Origin: Actinomycetes bacterium
GTDB taxonomy: Bacteria; Actinomycetota; Acidimicrobiia; Acidimicrobiales; JABEUL01
Direction of reading: 5' to 3'
Assembly: GCA_021852345.1 (NCBI GenBank)
Contig: JAJZNL010000055.1
Span: 29,070 to 93,069 of the forward strand
Length of the DNA stretch: 64,000 nt
In this document: in pieces, positions 30,084-41,124 of the stretch
How the letters are laid out: each line of letters begins with the position of its first letter
How positions within the stretch are numbered: the stretch's first letter is position 1
Made by a program: the position numbers and the translations under genes
Notes under the pieces: model-generated
The model's database searches: none
What the model saw: the letters and a program-made list of their open reading frames with translations, nothing else
Told to the model about the DNA's origin: nothing

Positions 30084-32426
30084 TTAATTTTTAATGAATT
30101 CGATTGTTAAATCATTGCTTCCTAAAATCTCGCCCTCAGAGTACAGAAGTTTTCTCGGATTTTTATCGATATAGAGTTGAATTTGATCGCTATGGTTAAC
30201 AGAGTTTATGTTTTCATCTTGACCATATGTCAATAATCCGAAAGCCTGAGGACCATCGTCGGTGAAACTCAAGGCATAGAAAAATGAAGTTCCCTGACAT
30301 ATTGCATACCCGCTTTTTCTAATACCGGTTTTATTCGTTCTTTGTGCTATAGGATCACCGATTGCCACCAAATCTTCTCTAGGCTCATTTGATGAGAAAG
30401 GTAGCTCACATACGGGGGTTACAATATTGGTTAGCCCGTCTGTTTCGTGACCTCCGTGCAGATAATATTTACCACCAGACAGATTTGCGTACTGCAATTT
30501 TTCCAATGAACTATCCAAACCGATGTCTGCCTCTTTAAGCGTCTTAATAGCTGCACAGACGACATCCTTAATTGTATCTGCTTGTTCATTTGCAACCACA
30601 ATTCGCGGCGTCCTAAACGGGTCATTTGGGTCGTAACTATCTTGAAAAAGCCGGCCTTGATCCTTAAGATCCTTTAGTTCAAATCCTGCCACGATTTCTC
30701 TAAACAGTACTGCCCCTTTTGAATTTAGATCAAAACAGCCATCCCAATTTTTTAAGATATTAGCAACTGAGTTAAGGTCATCTACGCAAACATCGTCCGT
30801 TTCCTTTAAGTTTTGAGCAAAGTACAGACATCTATCTCCAAGCTGATCTTTGATCAATTCGGCCAAAAGTGACTTGTTTGAAAGCGCATAACTAATCATG
30901 TCTTCTGTCGACATCTTTCTTTTGCCATTTGGTTCATATGACATCAAAAATCTCAGACATGCTTTCGTTCTAACCGTCGGAGGCTCCTCCAAACCCTGCA
31001 AATATGTAGATAATTTAATTGGCTTATTCGGATTTGTCAACCAGGCCGAGTCATTTGCATTAAAGACAAAATCAGTTCTGGATATCTGAGGATAATCCGA
31101 ATATGGAATTAGTCCCAAAGCAGGAGCTTCACTGTGAAAGGCGCAGTCGCAATCTGGATCCGAACCGTCCAACAGTGTAATTTTATTATCGTAAAGCATT
31201 TTAGTTAATGGGTCAGTTTCCAATTTTTCTTTTAAGATTGATTTACCGCGGTCGGAAAGATTAACCGTTCTGGACGAATCTATATACCATGTATCGCCAT
31301 TTTTATCGGCGGCAATAGTGTTTGCCCACGGCATTCCATTTTCTGTTCTATGCGCTTCTTTAAACTCCTCAAGAGACTTGCTGGCATCCATCTTCATAAA
31401 CAGCGGTATAAAAGATGAGTTGTCTTCATTTGCGTCTTTAACGGTTAAGGCATAATCATTTGTCCACCCCAAAATCGGCAAATTAAGCATAGGTCCATAA
31501 TGACTTGAGTACATCTGTTTTTCGACTGTTGAGATACCGTCTTGACCTAATACATCCACTCTAACGGTGGTTATATCCATTTTCCTAATTTCGTCGCCAT
31601 AGTAATAATGATCAGGTTTATCTTTAACTAAATTTAATTTATAAATAAGAAACCGTTTGCCTATTGAAAAGGTGTGAGTCCAAGCCACATTTTCATTAAA
31701 TCCAATTAGTATGCCTGGGGCGCCGATTAAAGTAACCCCGTAGCAATCAGCCAATCCTTCTATAGTTAAATGACACTCCCAGAACCTATTTTCGCCCACC
31801 CACGGAAAATGCGGGTTCCCCAGAACCATCCCTTTGCCGTTATAGCTAAGATCCTTTCCGATAGCCCAACCGTTACTGGCAAGTCCGCCGGACGGCAACG
31901 TCGACACAGGCGGAGTCGGCCGCGGGCCATTTTCATCAGGCGGTGAAGCAATTGACATAAAAGGAATTAGATTTCTCGAACCAGCGGCCAAGGCTATATC
32001 GGTGCAAAAAGCGACAAGATCAAACTCGGAAATTGGTTTGATCCATTCAGCGCCTTGCACCCAGGCCGGAAAATCCTCCACTCGGGCATTTTCCAAAAAG
32101 CAATTGACCCCTGCGGCATAGCCTAAAAGAAATTTACGGGAATCTTCCGGTAGGGTATCAAAATACTTTTCAGCTTTCGTTCGCAATCCCAAAAGTAGAT
32201 ATCCCGCATCTGAAATAATGTTTTTATCATCTTCGCCGGCACCAAAATACTTAGCTCTCTCTCCTCTGACTTTAACTATCTGATCCATCAAAGTGGCTAT
32301 ATGCTGCTTTGAGCAGGCAAATCCTTGACCGAAACCGGCATTTGCATAATTCGTAGCTTTTATATGCGGAATTGCTTTATCCGTCCACCTAATTTCACAT
32401 TCGTATTTATCGTCTTGAACTTCCAC
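30084..32426 (-). CDS. Penicillin acylase family Ntn-hydrolase (PvdQ/aculeacin A acylase-like), no signal peptide
   Basis: IPHIKA, ASNGWAIG (Ser nucleophile), GNPHFPW, IGFNENVAWTHT, PWANTIAAD, NANDSAW. Confidence 0.9.
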   Translation of the reverse strand: MEVQDDKYECEIRWTDKAIPHIKATNYANAGFGQGFACSKQHIATLMDQIVKVRGERAKYFGAGEDDKNIISDAGYLLLGLRTKAEKYFDTLPEDSRKFLLGYAAGVNCFLENARVEDFPAWVQGAEWIKPISEFDLVAFCTDIALAAGSRNLIPFMSIASPPDENGPRPTPPVSTLPSGGLASNGWAIGKDLSYNGKGMVLGNPHFPWVGENRFWECHLTIEGLADCYGVTLIGAPGILIGFNENVAWTHTFSIGKRFLIYKLNLVKDKPDHYYYGDEIRKMDITTVRVDVLGQDGISTVEKQMYSSHYGPMLNLPILGWTNDYALTVKDANEDNSSFIPLFMKMDASKSLEEFKEAHRTENGMPWANTIAADKNGDTWYIDSSRTVNLSDRGKSILKEKLETDPLTKMLYDNKITLLDGSDPDCDCAFHSEAPALGLIPYSDYPQISRTDFVFNANDSAWLTNPNKPIKLSTYLQGLEEPPTVRTKACLRFLMSYEPNGKRKMSTEDMISYALSNKSLLAELIKDQLGDRCLYFAQNLKETDDVCVDDLNSVANILKNWDGCFDLNSKGAVLFREIVAGFELKDLKDQGRLFQDSYDPNDPFRTPRIVVANEQADTIKDVVCAAIKTLKEADIGLDSSLEKLQYANLSGGKYYLHGGHETDGLTNIVTPVCELPFSSNEPREDLVAIGDPIAQRTNKTGIRKSGYAICQGTSFFYALSFTDDGPQAFGLLTYGQDENINSVNHSDQIQLYIDKNPRKLLYSEGEILGSNDLTIEFIKN

Positions 32427-32526
32427 CTATAACTCCAATCTCAAGCAACCTTTTTTATTCGATTCGTCGACTTGGTTTCATCTGTCGACCGGTCAACTGC
32501 CCCGCAAAACCGTTTATTCCAATATA

Positions 32527-32561
32527 TTGACCATTAAATCAACCAAGGATTTAATGGTCAA
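32527..32561. repeat. Perfect 14-bp inverted repeat (terminator of the nuo operon or operator of the acylase)
   Basis: TTGACCATTAAATC-N7-GATTTAATGGTCAA. Confidence 0.7.
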
Positions 32562-32824
32562 ATAGATAATCGATTTTTTTTACCGACAGATGATATTTAA
32601 ATATTGTAGCCTCGGAGGATAAATATTTCCACTTTAAAATTCGCCCATTCAAATCGTAGCGATGTGGCTTAAAATATCGACAACAATTCACACGGTTCTT
32701 AAAGTCAAATGCAATATACCGAATCGATGAAAACAGTTTTCGAAACAGAAAACGATCCTAGTAACAAATCTTGTATGAAAAGATTTAACACGATTTTCAG
32801 CTTTTAACCTATAGGGGCAGGCTA

Positions 32825-34456
32825 TTAAAAGATAAATGTAGCGTGATTTGCTAAATCGATTATAAGGTTGGGGAAGATTCCGAGCACTACGACTATACCA
32901 GAAGTCAAGATAACGGCAATCGAACTACCGATTCCAACCCTAAAGTCTTGAGTATCTACGTCTTCGGTTTTAAGATTTTCAACTTTATCTTCTACAAGTA
33001 AAGTTACCCCTTCGTGTTCTTGTCCAATGTCGCCGTCGGCTTTTTGAATCGGCGAGATAGGTGAAAGCGACGAGCTGAAAAGTCGATCTGGTATTATCAT
33101 TTCCTCATCTGGCTTTGAATAGCAAGCGATTACAACGCGTAAATAGTAGACTGCGCTGATAACTGAACTGACGATTGCGACAACCACCAAACTGTAGGCC
33201 CCAGGTCCGCCGCTTCTAGCTAAAGCTTCAAATACCGAAAGCTTAGCGATGAATCCGACGGTTCCAGGAATGCCGGCCTGTCCAAACAACAAAACAGCAA
33301 AACCCAAGATTAGATACGGATGCTTTTTGGCCAAACCTCTGTAGTTTCTAATATCGTGATTTTGATCACCTTTGCTACCCAAAATGGTGACGACGGAAAA
33401 TACACCCGTTGCAATAAAACTGTACGCAATCAGATATACAAAACTTGCACTGACTCCGACTTGAGTCGCAGCTACCAAACCAAGCAATATGAATCCACTG
33501 TGATTAATCGCCGAATATGCCAGCATTCTTTTCACATTGGACTGGACCAATCCGCCAAATGCTCCCACCAAAAGCGATGCCACAGCAAGAATATAGATTA
33601 TCGGTTGCCAATCAGCTTTGTAGCTCACCAAAGCGGTCATCAAAATTCTTAAAAGCGCTGCGAATCCTCCAATTTTAGCAATCGACGACATTAGCGTAAC
33701 CGACGGACTTGGTGCGCCCTGGTACACATCGGGCGACCATACATGAAACGGTACCGCCGCCACCTTAAATCCGAGACCGGCAATTACCAAAACCATTCCG
33801 ATTATCAACAATCCGTTGTGCGTATAGTAAGAGGTGGCAAAAAATGAAGCGATCTGACCTAAGTTCGTAGTTCCCGTCGATCCGTACACAAACGCACTAC
33901 CGTAGATGAATATCGCAGATGCAAATCCTCCCAATACCAAGTACTTTAAAGCGGCTTCGCCACTTTGAATACGCTTGGTATCTAAAGCCGCCAAGACATA
34001 CAGTGAAATAGACATGATTTCAAGACCCAGAAATATCATTATAAGGTCATTTGCGGCAGCCATAAATTGAGCACCGGATCCGGCCAACAACATAAGCGCA
34101 AAAATCTCAGGACCAGACCAATTCTCCCGGTCGACAAAATTTTGAGTAAGAAACGCTGCTATGATCACACAAGCAGAAACCAAAATAGCCGCCAAAACAG
34201 AAAATCCGTCAATGGCCAAGACTTTATCGATAACCAAATGAGCCCCAGATCTTAAAACGTCATGGTAGTTTTTAATCGAAAATCCGATAGAAGCAATACC
34301 GGCCAATACGGTTATCCCCGTATACACTTTAGACGTAATCCTATTTCTAGTAACCGAAGTCATTGCCAACATGACTAAAGCTCCTACAATCAAACATATC
34401 TCCGGCAATATGGAAAAGTAGGAAATCTTAGGAAGTAAAAGCTGTGTGGCGATCAT
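32825..34456 (-). CDS. nuoN: NADH-quinone oxidoreductase subunit N
   Basis: EAALKY, FKVAAVPFHVWSPDVYQGAP, KRMLAYS. Confidence 0.95.
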   Translation of the reverse strand: MIATQLLLPKISYFSILPEICLIVGALVMLAMTSVTRNRITSKVYTGITVLAGIASIGFSIKNYHDVLRSGAHLVIDKVLAIDGFSVLAAILVSACVIIAAFLTQNFVDRENWSGPEIFALMLLAGSGAQFMAAANDLIMIFLGLEIMSISLYVLAALDTKRIQSGEAALKYLVLGGFASAIFIYGSAFVYGSTGTTNLGQIASFFATSYYTHNGLLIIGMVLVIAGLGFKVAAVPFHVWSPDVYQGAPSPSVTLMSSIAKIGGFAALLRILMTALVSYKADWQPIIYILAVASLLVGAFGGLVQSNVKRMLAYSAINHSGFILLGLVAATQVGVSASFVYLIAYSFIATGVFSVVTILGSKGDQNHDIRNYRGLAKKHPYLILGFAVLLFGQAGIPGTVGFIAKLSVFEALARSGGPGAYSLVVVAIVSSVISAVYYLRVVIACYSKPDEEMIIPDRLFSSSLSPISPIQKADGDIGQEHEGVTLLVEDKVENLKTEDVDTQDFRVGIGSSIAVILTSGIVVVLGIFPNLIIDLANHATFIF

Positions 34457-36120
34457 TTAACGCTCCCCGTTTTCATTTGTAGATTAGTTTCATTAGAGGT
34501 ACTCTTTGCGGCGTATAACCATCTTGAAGTCGGTGCGCCAGGACGGTAAAGTTCAGTCGCATTCAAATTTGAATGTTTGTTTTTTGAAGCCGCAGAACCG
34601 CTCTTATAGGACGCCGCATAGGCAGGTTGTTTAACAATATGATTGGCCTGTTGAACATGATGCACCAACAAATTGACCGACGGAGAAATCTTGTTTAGCA
34701 TGGTGGAAGGAAAAATACCGATAAAAAATATCAGAATAATTAACGGCGCGATATAAAGCTTCTCTTTCATCGTCATATCTTTTATAACTGAGTGACTCTC
34801 TTCAGCCTTGCGGTGAAACGCTCGTTGGTATGCCCACAACAAGTAAACCGCCGACAGAATTACGCCCCCTAAGGCAACTACGGCCCACCATCTGTGTCCG
34901 ATAAACGTACCAGAAAGTATTAGAAATTCACCGATAAAACCATTGGTTCCAGGCAGTCCCAAAGATGCCAGTATGACAACTATCATCGCGCCCGACAGTA
35001 CCGGAGCAGCCTTTTGAAGACCGGAAAGTTTTGAAATATCTATTGTCTTGGTTCGTTCCAAAATCATACCGATTATCAAAAACATTGCAGCTGTCAAAAT
35101 ACCGTGATTAAACATCTGTAAGATGGCACCGTTCATGGCAATTGTCGAAAAGGCAAAAATCCCGATTGCCACAAAGCCCAAATGTGACAAAGATGAAAAT
35201 GCGACTAATCTCTTAAAGTCTCTTTGAACAGCAGCCACTATGGCTCCGTAGATAATTCCAATAACACCCAACGTTAACAATATTGGCGCCAACCGATAAC
35301 TGGCTTGCGGGAAAAAATTAAGATCAAATCTCAATAAACCGTAAGTGCCCAATTTGGCCATAATGGATGCCAATGAAATCGAACCAGATGTCGGGGCCTC
35401 CGAATAAGCTTTAGGAGACCAGGTATGAAACGGAAAGATCGGAGTCTTGATTACAAAGGCTGCCGAAAATCCTAAAAATAGCAAAACTTGACTGGCGTAG
35501 CTAAGTTTTGTATGTGCCAACTTTGTAATATCGAATGTGAAAACGCCTGTCTGACTATGATGAATCACAACAAGAATAACCATAGCAGCGAATAAAAATG
35601 CCGAACCAAACAGCGTATATAAAAAGAATTTTAATGCCGCCTTACTGCGCTCTTTGCCGCCCCATCCAATGATTAGAAAATAAGCAGGAATCAACGTAAG
35701 TTCAAAGAACAAAAAGAAACCGAACAGATCCATTGATAGAAATGAACCGAAACAAGCTCCTTCCAGAATCAACAACCAAGCCGAGTAAGTATTGTTCTTT
35801 GTCTTGTCCCCAGTAGCTATTAATATAATCGGGAAGATTAAGGCAACCATTTCCATTAGAAACAAGGAAATTCCGTCCACTCCGAAGTGCCATCCAATCC
35901 CCAAAGAAGATACCCAGCTGTGATTTGTCACAAACTGATAACCCGCATCTCCGGTTTTAAAGAGCAACATGACAATCAATGCCAATACCCCTGAAACTAC
36001 TGACACACCGAGCGCCAGGTATTTGGCTAATTTGTCAACAGGCACAAATGCCAACAAGACTCCGCCGATTATCGGCAGCAACACGATAACCGTAAGAAAC
36101 GGAAAACTAGTTTGAGTCAC
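34453..36120 (-). CDS. nuoM: NADH-quinone oxidoreductase subunit M
   Basis: GVDGIS, FFELTLIP, KTPIFPFHTW, KLGTYG, GLPGTNGFIGE. Confidence 0.95.
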   Translation of the reverse strand: MTQTSFPFLTVIVLLPIIGGVLLAFVPVDKLAKYLALGVSVVSGVLALIVMLLFKTGDAGYQFVTNHSWVSSLGIGWHFGVDGISLFLMEMVALIFPIILIATGDKTKNNTYSAWLLILEGACFGSFLSMDLFGFFLFFELTLIPAYFLIIGWGGKERSKAALKFFLYTLFGSAFLFAAMVILVVIHHSQTGVFTFDITKLAHTKLSYASQVLLFLGFSAAFVIKTPIFPFHTWSPKAYSEAPTSGSISLASIMAKLGTYGLLRFDLNFFPQASYRLAPILLTLGVIGIIYGAIVAAVQRDFKRLVAFSSLSHLGFVAIGIFAFSTIAMNGAILQMFNHGILTAAMFLIIGMILERTKTIDISKLSGLQKAAPVLSGAMIVVILASLGLPGTNGFIGEFLILSGTFIGHRWWAVVALGGVILSAVYLLWAYQRAFHRKAEESHSVIKDMTMKEKLYIAPLIILIFFIGIFPSTMLNKISPSVNLLVHHVQQANHIVKQPAYAASYKSGSAASKNKHSNLNATELYRPGAPTSRWLYAAKSTSNETNLQMKTGSVK

Positions 36121-38042
36121 TACAGACCACCTCTTAATCCACCAATAATAATTAGTATGACCAGTCCGCCAGCAATGACTAGAGCTTCACGTCTTACAAA
36201 CCCCGAAGCCAGCTTTCTGATCAAGATCCCTACGGCCAAAACCAACTTGGTAACTCCCACGACTGCGCCGTCAATTACTTTAGGCTCAATGACACCGTCG
36301 GTCACTTCGGCAAGTTTTGTCGAAGATCTGGCAATCGCTACATCACCCGTCTTGTCTATATACCAAGCATTCTTAAATAGAGTGAATTCCAAAGCCGGTC
36401 TTTCGAAGGTCTTGGACCATATAAAATAAGCTATAAGTCCACCGCCTATGGCAAAAATCGCATCCAAACTGCCGAGCACAATCTGAGTCAATGCGCTGGA
36501 ATGAAGGTATGAGGGGCTGGCAGCTATTGCTGGCTTCAAGAAATTATCCAAAAATTTCAAAGACGAAGCAAAAGGCAGGTTCAGCAATCCTCCCAAAAGA
36601 GCCAACACCGCCAAGGTAACGACCGGAATCATCATTTTGTAAGACGGTTCGTGCGGATCGATATGCGGCGAATGGCTGACTGCTTTGGCGCTTTTTTTCT
36701 TTCCCTTCACGGTGGCGGGCATCCAGCGGGCCTTGCCCAAGAATGCCAGACAATACTCTCGACCCATATAGTACGAGGTAACACCAGCCGTTGCCAATCC
36801 GATAATCCAAACTAACCATGATTCGCCGAAAGCTCCCAGTAGCACGTCACCTTTCGACCAAAATCCTGCAAAAGGCGGAACTCCAGCTATTGCCATCCAT
36901 CCTGTAAAAAATGCCACCGCAGTAATAGGCATGACAATTCTTAATGCACCCATCTTCTTGAGATTTTGTTCGTCATGCATACCGTGAATAACCGAACCGG
37001 AACTCAAGAATAACAGTGCCTTATAGAATGCGTGAGTCACCATCAAAAATATCGCTGCCGCATAGGCTCCGGTTCCAACCCCTACGAACATGTAACCTAA
37101 CTGCGAAACAGTTGAGTATGCAAGAACCTTCTTAATGTCATCTTGTGCGGTTGCCGCCATGGCTGCCATAAAGGCAGTAAGAATTCCGATAATTGTGATG
37201 ACATGTGCAATATCTGGGGAAAGAGCCAGCACTGGAGAGAGTCTAACCATCAGATACACTCCGGCGGTAACCATAGTTGCGGCATGTATTAATGCGCTAA
37301 CAGGTGTAGGACCTTCCATTGCATCGGCCAGCCATCCGTAAAGAGGAACTTGGGCTGACTTACCCATAGCCCCCACGAAAGCAAGCATAACTATCGCAGC
37401 GACCACCGATTTTGACAGATGCGGAGCCGCAGCAAATATCGCCGAGTAGTTAAGGGAATGCACATAATGGATCACCAAAAACATCGACAACAAAAATCCG
37501 ACATCCGCTATCCTGTTAACGATCATGGCTTTTTTGCCAGCAGATGCCGCAGACGGTCTTTCGTGCCAAAAAGAAATTAAGAAGTAAGAGCAAACCCCAA
37601 CGCCCTCCCATCCTACAAATGTGAGTAGCATGTTGTTACCCAACACCAAAATAATCATAGAGGTAACGAATAAGTTAAGGTACAAAAAGAACTTTGGAAA
37701 ATCAATGTCTTTATGCATGTATTCAACTGAGTAGAAATGAATCAGAGTCGATACACCCGTCACAAACAGTACCATCGTCAAAGACAGCGGATCCACTCTC
37801 AAGCCGGCGTCAACTTTGAAACTCCCAGTGTTTATCCAAACAAAAAGATGTTCAACAAATACGCTCGAGTGGTACCCCAAAAATGCCAACCAGACAACCA
37901 CTGAAAAAACAAAAGACATTCCAACCGCAAGCGTGGCAATGTAACCCGCCAGCGGCTCTTTTAATTTTCTACCAAAAAATATCAGCGACAACGCACCCAA
38001 AAGAGGAAATGCCGGTATTAAAAATACTAATTTCATATTCAA
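36120..38042 (-). CDS. nuoL: NADH-quinone oxidoreductase subunit L
   Basis: GWEGVG, KSAQVPL..WLADAMEGPTPVSALIHAATMV, KKVLAYSTVSQLG. Confidence 0.96.
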   Translation of the reverse strand: MNMKLVFLIPAFPLLGALSLIFFGRKLKEPLAGYIATLAVGMSFVFSVVVWLAFLGYHSSVFVEHLFVWINTGSFKVDAGLRVDPLSLTMVLFVTGVSTLIHFYSVEYMHKDIDFPKFFLYLNLFVTSMIILVLGNNMLLTFVGWEGVGVCSYFLISFWHERPSAASAGKKAMIVNRIADVGFLLSMFLVIHYVHSLNYSAIFAAAPHLSKSVVAAIVMLAFVGAMGKSAQVPLYGWLADAMEGPTPVSALIHAATMVTAGVYLMVRLSPVLALSPDIAHVITIIGILTAFMAAMAATAQDDIKKVLAYSTVSQLGYMFVGVGTGAYAAAIFLMVTHAFYKALLFLSSGSVIHGMHDEQNLKKMGALRIVMPITAVAFFTGWMAIAGVPPFAGFWSKGDVLLGAFGESWLVWIIGLATAGVTSYYMGREYCLAFLGKARWMPATVKGKKKSAKAVSHSPHIDPHEPSYKMMIPVVTLAVLALLGGLLNLPFASSLKFLDNFLKPAIAASPSYLHSSALTQIVLGSLDAIFAIGGGLIAYFIWSKTFERPALEFTLFKNAWYIDKTGDVAIARSSTKLAEVTDGVIEPKVIDGAVVGVTKLVLAVGILIRKLASGFVRREALVIAGGLVILIIIGGLRGGL

Positions 38043-38348
38043 CTAACCCTTTAGCGAAGACAGATCATCGGCTGTTGCACCCAACCGCTTCCTATATATC
38101 GAAACAATGATTGCAAGTCCGACTACAACCTCAGCTGCGGCAACTACCAATACAAAGAATACGTCCGCCTGTCCTCCAACATCTTTAAGCTTCGAGGCAA
38201 AGGCAACAAAAGTCAGGTTTGACGCATTTAGCATCAATTCGACACACATAAGCATAACCAAAACATTACGTCTGATTAAAAGACCGACGAGGCCTATAGT
38301 AAATAGAACTGCAGCCAATATTAGATAATAATTTAAACCTACTGACAT
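38043..38348 (-). CDS. nuoK: NADH-quinone oxidoreductase subunit K
   Basis: [28 protein letters not shown]. Confidence 0.95.
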   Translation of the reverse strand: MSVGLNYYLILAAVLFTIGLVGLLIRRNVLVMLMCVELMLNASNLTFVAFASKLKDVGGQADVFFVLVVAAAEVVVGLAIIVSIYRKRLGATADDLSSLKG

Positions 38349-39062
38349 TTAAACCGTTTGCTCCTCGCCTACCTGTGTATCTTGTGACCCTGATTCGGTA
38401 ATGGAATCTTCGTCCTGCTCGATATCATCTTGCTCGTTCGATTCGTCTTCGTCGTCAACACTAACAGCCTTAGGGTCTCCGTCAACGGGTTCGACTTGAT
38501 CGTTTGAAATAATTTGACCATCCTGATCCTCATGGCCGGATCTGGCAATAAGCACGACAGCACCAATTATTGCAATCACTAATAGAACTGAAGTAACTTC
38601 AAAGGGAAGCAGATAATAGGAAAATGTCGCTTTGGCAAGTTCTATAATTCCTCTGTCCCCGCCTTTTGCAACTCCTATAACGCTATATGAGCCATGGGAA
38701 TTAAAATTACCCCAGCCATATCCAATTATCATTCCCAAAAATGCCAACCCGACTACAATCGCTATTGTCCTCTGCAAAGCAAGCGGTTCGGATCCCAGTT
38801 TCTCGCGTTTGTCGATGCCGAGCAACATAATAACGAAAAGAAACAGCACCACTATAGCACCCGCATAAATTATTATTTGAACTACAGCCAAAAAATCCGC
38901 ACTGAGTTCGACAAATAATACCGCCACTCCAAACAAAGTCATTACAAGATTTAGAGCCGCTCTAACGGGGTTTCTCGAGAGCACAACTCCCAAAGCACCA
39001 GCAACTATAACGACGGCGCATAAAGCAAAGGTGATCGAATCAGGGTAAGCCGTTGCTATCAT
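38349..39062 (-). CDS. nuoJ: NADH-quinone oxidoreductase subunit J (acidic tail)
   Basis: QIIIYAGAIVVLFLFVIMLLG, PFEVTSVLL. Confidence 0.95.
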   Translation of the reverse strand: MIATAYPDSITFALCAVVIVAGALGVVLSRNPVRAALNLVMTLFGVAVLFVELSADFLAVVQIIIYAGAIVVLFLFVIMLLGIDKREKLGSEPLALQRTIAIVVGLAFLGMIIGYGWGNFNSHGSYSVIGVAKGGDRGIIELAKATFSYYLLPFEVTSVLLVIAIIGAVVLIARSGHEDQDGQIISNDQVEPVDGDPKAVSVDDEDESNEQDDIEQDEDSITESGSQDTQVGEEQTV

Positions 39063-39739
39063 TTTACCTTACCTCCAAACTCCACGGGGATATGACCTTT
39101 TTTGATGTCGGTTAATTGGATATTTCCCGTAAGTTCATCGTCACGATTATCGCTCTGCCCGCCTTCGGGATGCCTAGATCCGTAACCCAACTCGTGTGAC
39201 CAAGCTACGACTCCTTCAAATTCAGCGTTACCCGCAGGCGACGTTGCGCGCATCCAAGCCGATGTATGCTCGTCTTCTCCTTCTCGCCAATCCTCCCAGG
39301 GCATCTGCTTCGGCTTGCCTTCGTCATCGACTACCAGTTCTTTTTTGGTATACACGGCATCTGCGCGAGAAACGAACGAAAACTCAAAGAGCTTTGACTC
39401 GGTTATGGCTTCAGTCGGACAGGCCTCAACACACATGTCACAATGGATACACCTTAAATAGTTAATTTCATAGACATATCCATATCGTTCTCCTGGAGAC
39501 ACCGGGTGGTCCACAGGATTATCAAGACCCCTCACATAGATACAGTCCGCAGGGCAAACTCCGGCGCACAGTTCACAACCGATACACTTTTCCATCCCGT
39601 CTTCATAGCGGTTCAGGACATGTCGACCGTGAGCCCTTGGCGGCTTTGGTTTCTTTTCTTTGGGGTATTCAGTTGTAACCCTGGGCTCGACAATTTGTTT
39701 AAAACTTACCTTAAAGCCACCGAAAAAATTCCGACTCAT
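39059..39739 (-). CDS. nuoI: NADH-quinone oxidoreductase subunit I
   Basis: CIGCELCAGVCP and CIHCDMCVEACP. Confidence 0.96.
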   Translation of the reverse strand: MSRNFFGGFKVSFKQIVEPRVTTEYPKEKKPKPPRAHGRHVLNRYEDGMEKCIGCELCAGVCPADCIYVRGLDNPVDHPVSPGERYGYVYEINYLRCIHCDMCVEACPTEAITESKLFEFSFVSRADAVYTKKELVVDDEGKPKQMPWEDWREGEDEHTSAWMRATSPAGNAEFEGVVAWSHELGYGSRHPEGGQSDNRDDELTGNIQLTDIKKGHIPVEFGGKVK

Positions 39740-41124
39740 TCGTCATCACCTGCACCTTCGGACTCATTTGAATCAGGATCTAAATGAGTCGAAGAGACTA
39801 CAAAAGATTCCGAATTATCTTCATCGTTTCCGTAATCTGATTCATCTTCGTCAATACCTGGCAATTGGATAATTCTACCTCCCACTACATCCTCAAGGCT
39901 GACATTAAGCCGACCTTCGTTGGAAGTCGCAAGCTTGAGACTCTCTTTGGACAGTGTTCTTTGGTTCCCTACCTGTACTGTACGCTTCAAGAATAAACCG
40001 GAAAATATGCACAAAACGACGATGACTCCAAAAGCTATCAATATCTGAGTGTCTGTAGTCGGCAACCTCAATGCTACGACTATCAAAAGCCATCCAAGTG
40101 AAATGGGAATTAAAAACTTCCATCCCAAATCCATTAACTGATCGTACCGCAACCGAGGAAGAGCGGCTCTGACCCAAACATAACAAAACAAAAATATCAA
40201 AGTCTTACCGACAAACCAAAGTATCGGCCACAGCCAGGTCAAAAAATGGAATCCAGGTCCGTCTGGACCCCCTAAAAACAATGTAACAGCGATAGCGGAC
40301 ATCGTGATAGTGTTCATAAACTCCGCCAAGTAAAACAGGGCAAACCTAATGGACGAATATTCGGTGTTAAATCCACCAACAAGCTCCTGCTCTGCTTCCA
40401 CAAAGTCAAACGGAGGCCTGTTGGTTTCGGCGGTGATTGCAATCATAAATATCACAAACGGTATTATTCCGACTTCAAACAAATTCCAATGAAGAAATGA
40501 AGTAGCTTGAGCATTTACGATTGACCTTGTCGACAAGAAGTTGACGTTTGGATTTGTAAGTGCGCTCACCAAAACGGCAGTAGCGACGGAGAGACTAATT
40601 GCGGCTTCATATGAAATCATTTGAGCCGACGCCCTTACCGAACCAATCAGCGGATATTTGGAACCTGACGACCATCCAGCCAGCATTACGCCGTATACTG
40701 CAATTGAAGAAAGTGCAAGTACCAATAAAATTCCAATTGGAGGGTCGGCAACCTGAAGTTCAAACGTATGTTTTAATATGGTTATATTTCCGCCCACTGG
40801 GATAACGGCGAAAGTAAGAAATGCTGGAACGGTAGCCAAATAAGGTGCGAGTTTGAATACAAATCTATCCGAACGTTCAGGAACCAAATCTTCCTTAAAA
40901 AACAACTTAATTCCATCAGCCAATGACTGCAAAAGGCCGTAGGGTCCTGCTCGGTTGGGTCCGATTCTGTTTTGCATGTCCGAAATGACCTTACGTTCAA
41001 ACCAAATCATTAACATTACAGAAACAAGTAAAGCAATGAAGGCAACCAACACCCTAACTATGGCAATTATGACCACGCCAATGGTTATATGTCCCAAAAA
41101 TAGCGGATCTGTTCCAAAAATCAT
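39736..41124 (-). CDS. nuoH: NADH-quinone oxidoreductase subunit H (acidic tail)
   Basis: ERKV...QNRIGPNR, ADGIKLFFKE, AETNRPPFD..EAEQEL. Confidence 0.96.
   Translation of the reverse strand: MIFGTDPLFLGHITIGVVIIAIVRVLVAFIALLVSVMLMIWFERKVISDMQNRIGPNRAGPYGLLQSLADGIKLFFKEDLVPERSDRFVFKLAPYLATVPAFLTFAVIPVGGNITILKHTFELQVADPPIGILLVLALSSIAVYGVMLAGWSSGSKYPLIGSVRASAQMISYEAAISLSVATAVLVSALTNPNVNFLSTRSIVNAQATSFLHWNLFEVGIIPFVIFMIAITAETNRPPFDFVEAEQELVGGFNTEYSSIRFALFYLAEFMNTITMSAIAVTLFLGGPDGPGFHFLTWLWPILWFVGKTLIFLFCYVWVRAALPRLRYDQLMDLGWKFLIPISLGWLLIVVALRLPTTDTQILIAFGVIVVLCIFSGLFLKRTVQVGNQRTLSKESLKLATSNEGRLNVSLEDVVGGRIIQLPGIDEDESDYGNDEDNSESFVVSSTHLDPDSNESEGAGDDE

Noticed and set aside
29882..30094. 70-aa + strand ORF
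   Set aside because: TTG start without RBS, no motif, overlaps the structured element and the acylase stop
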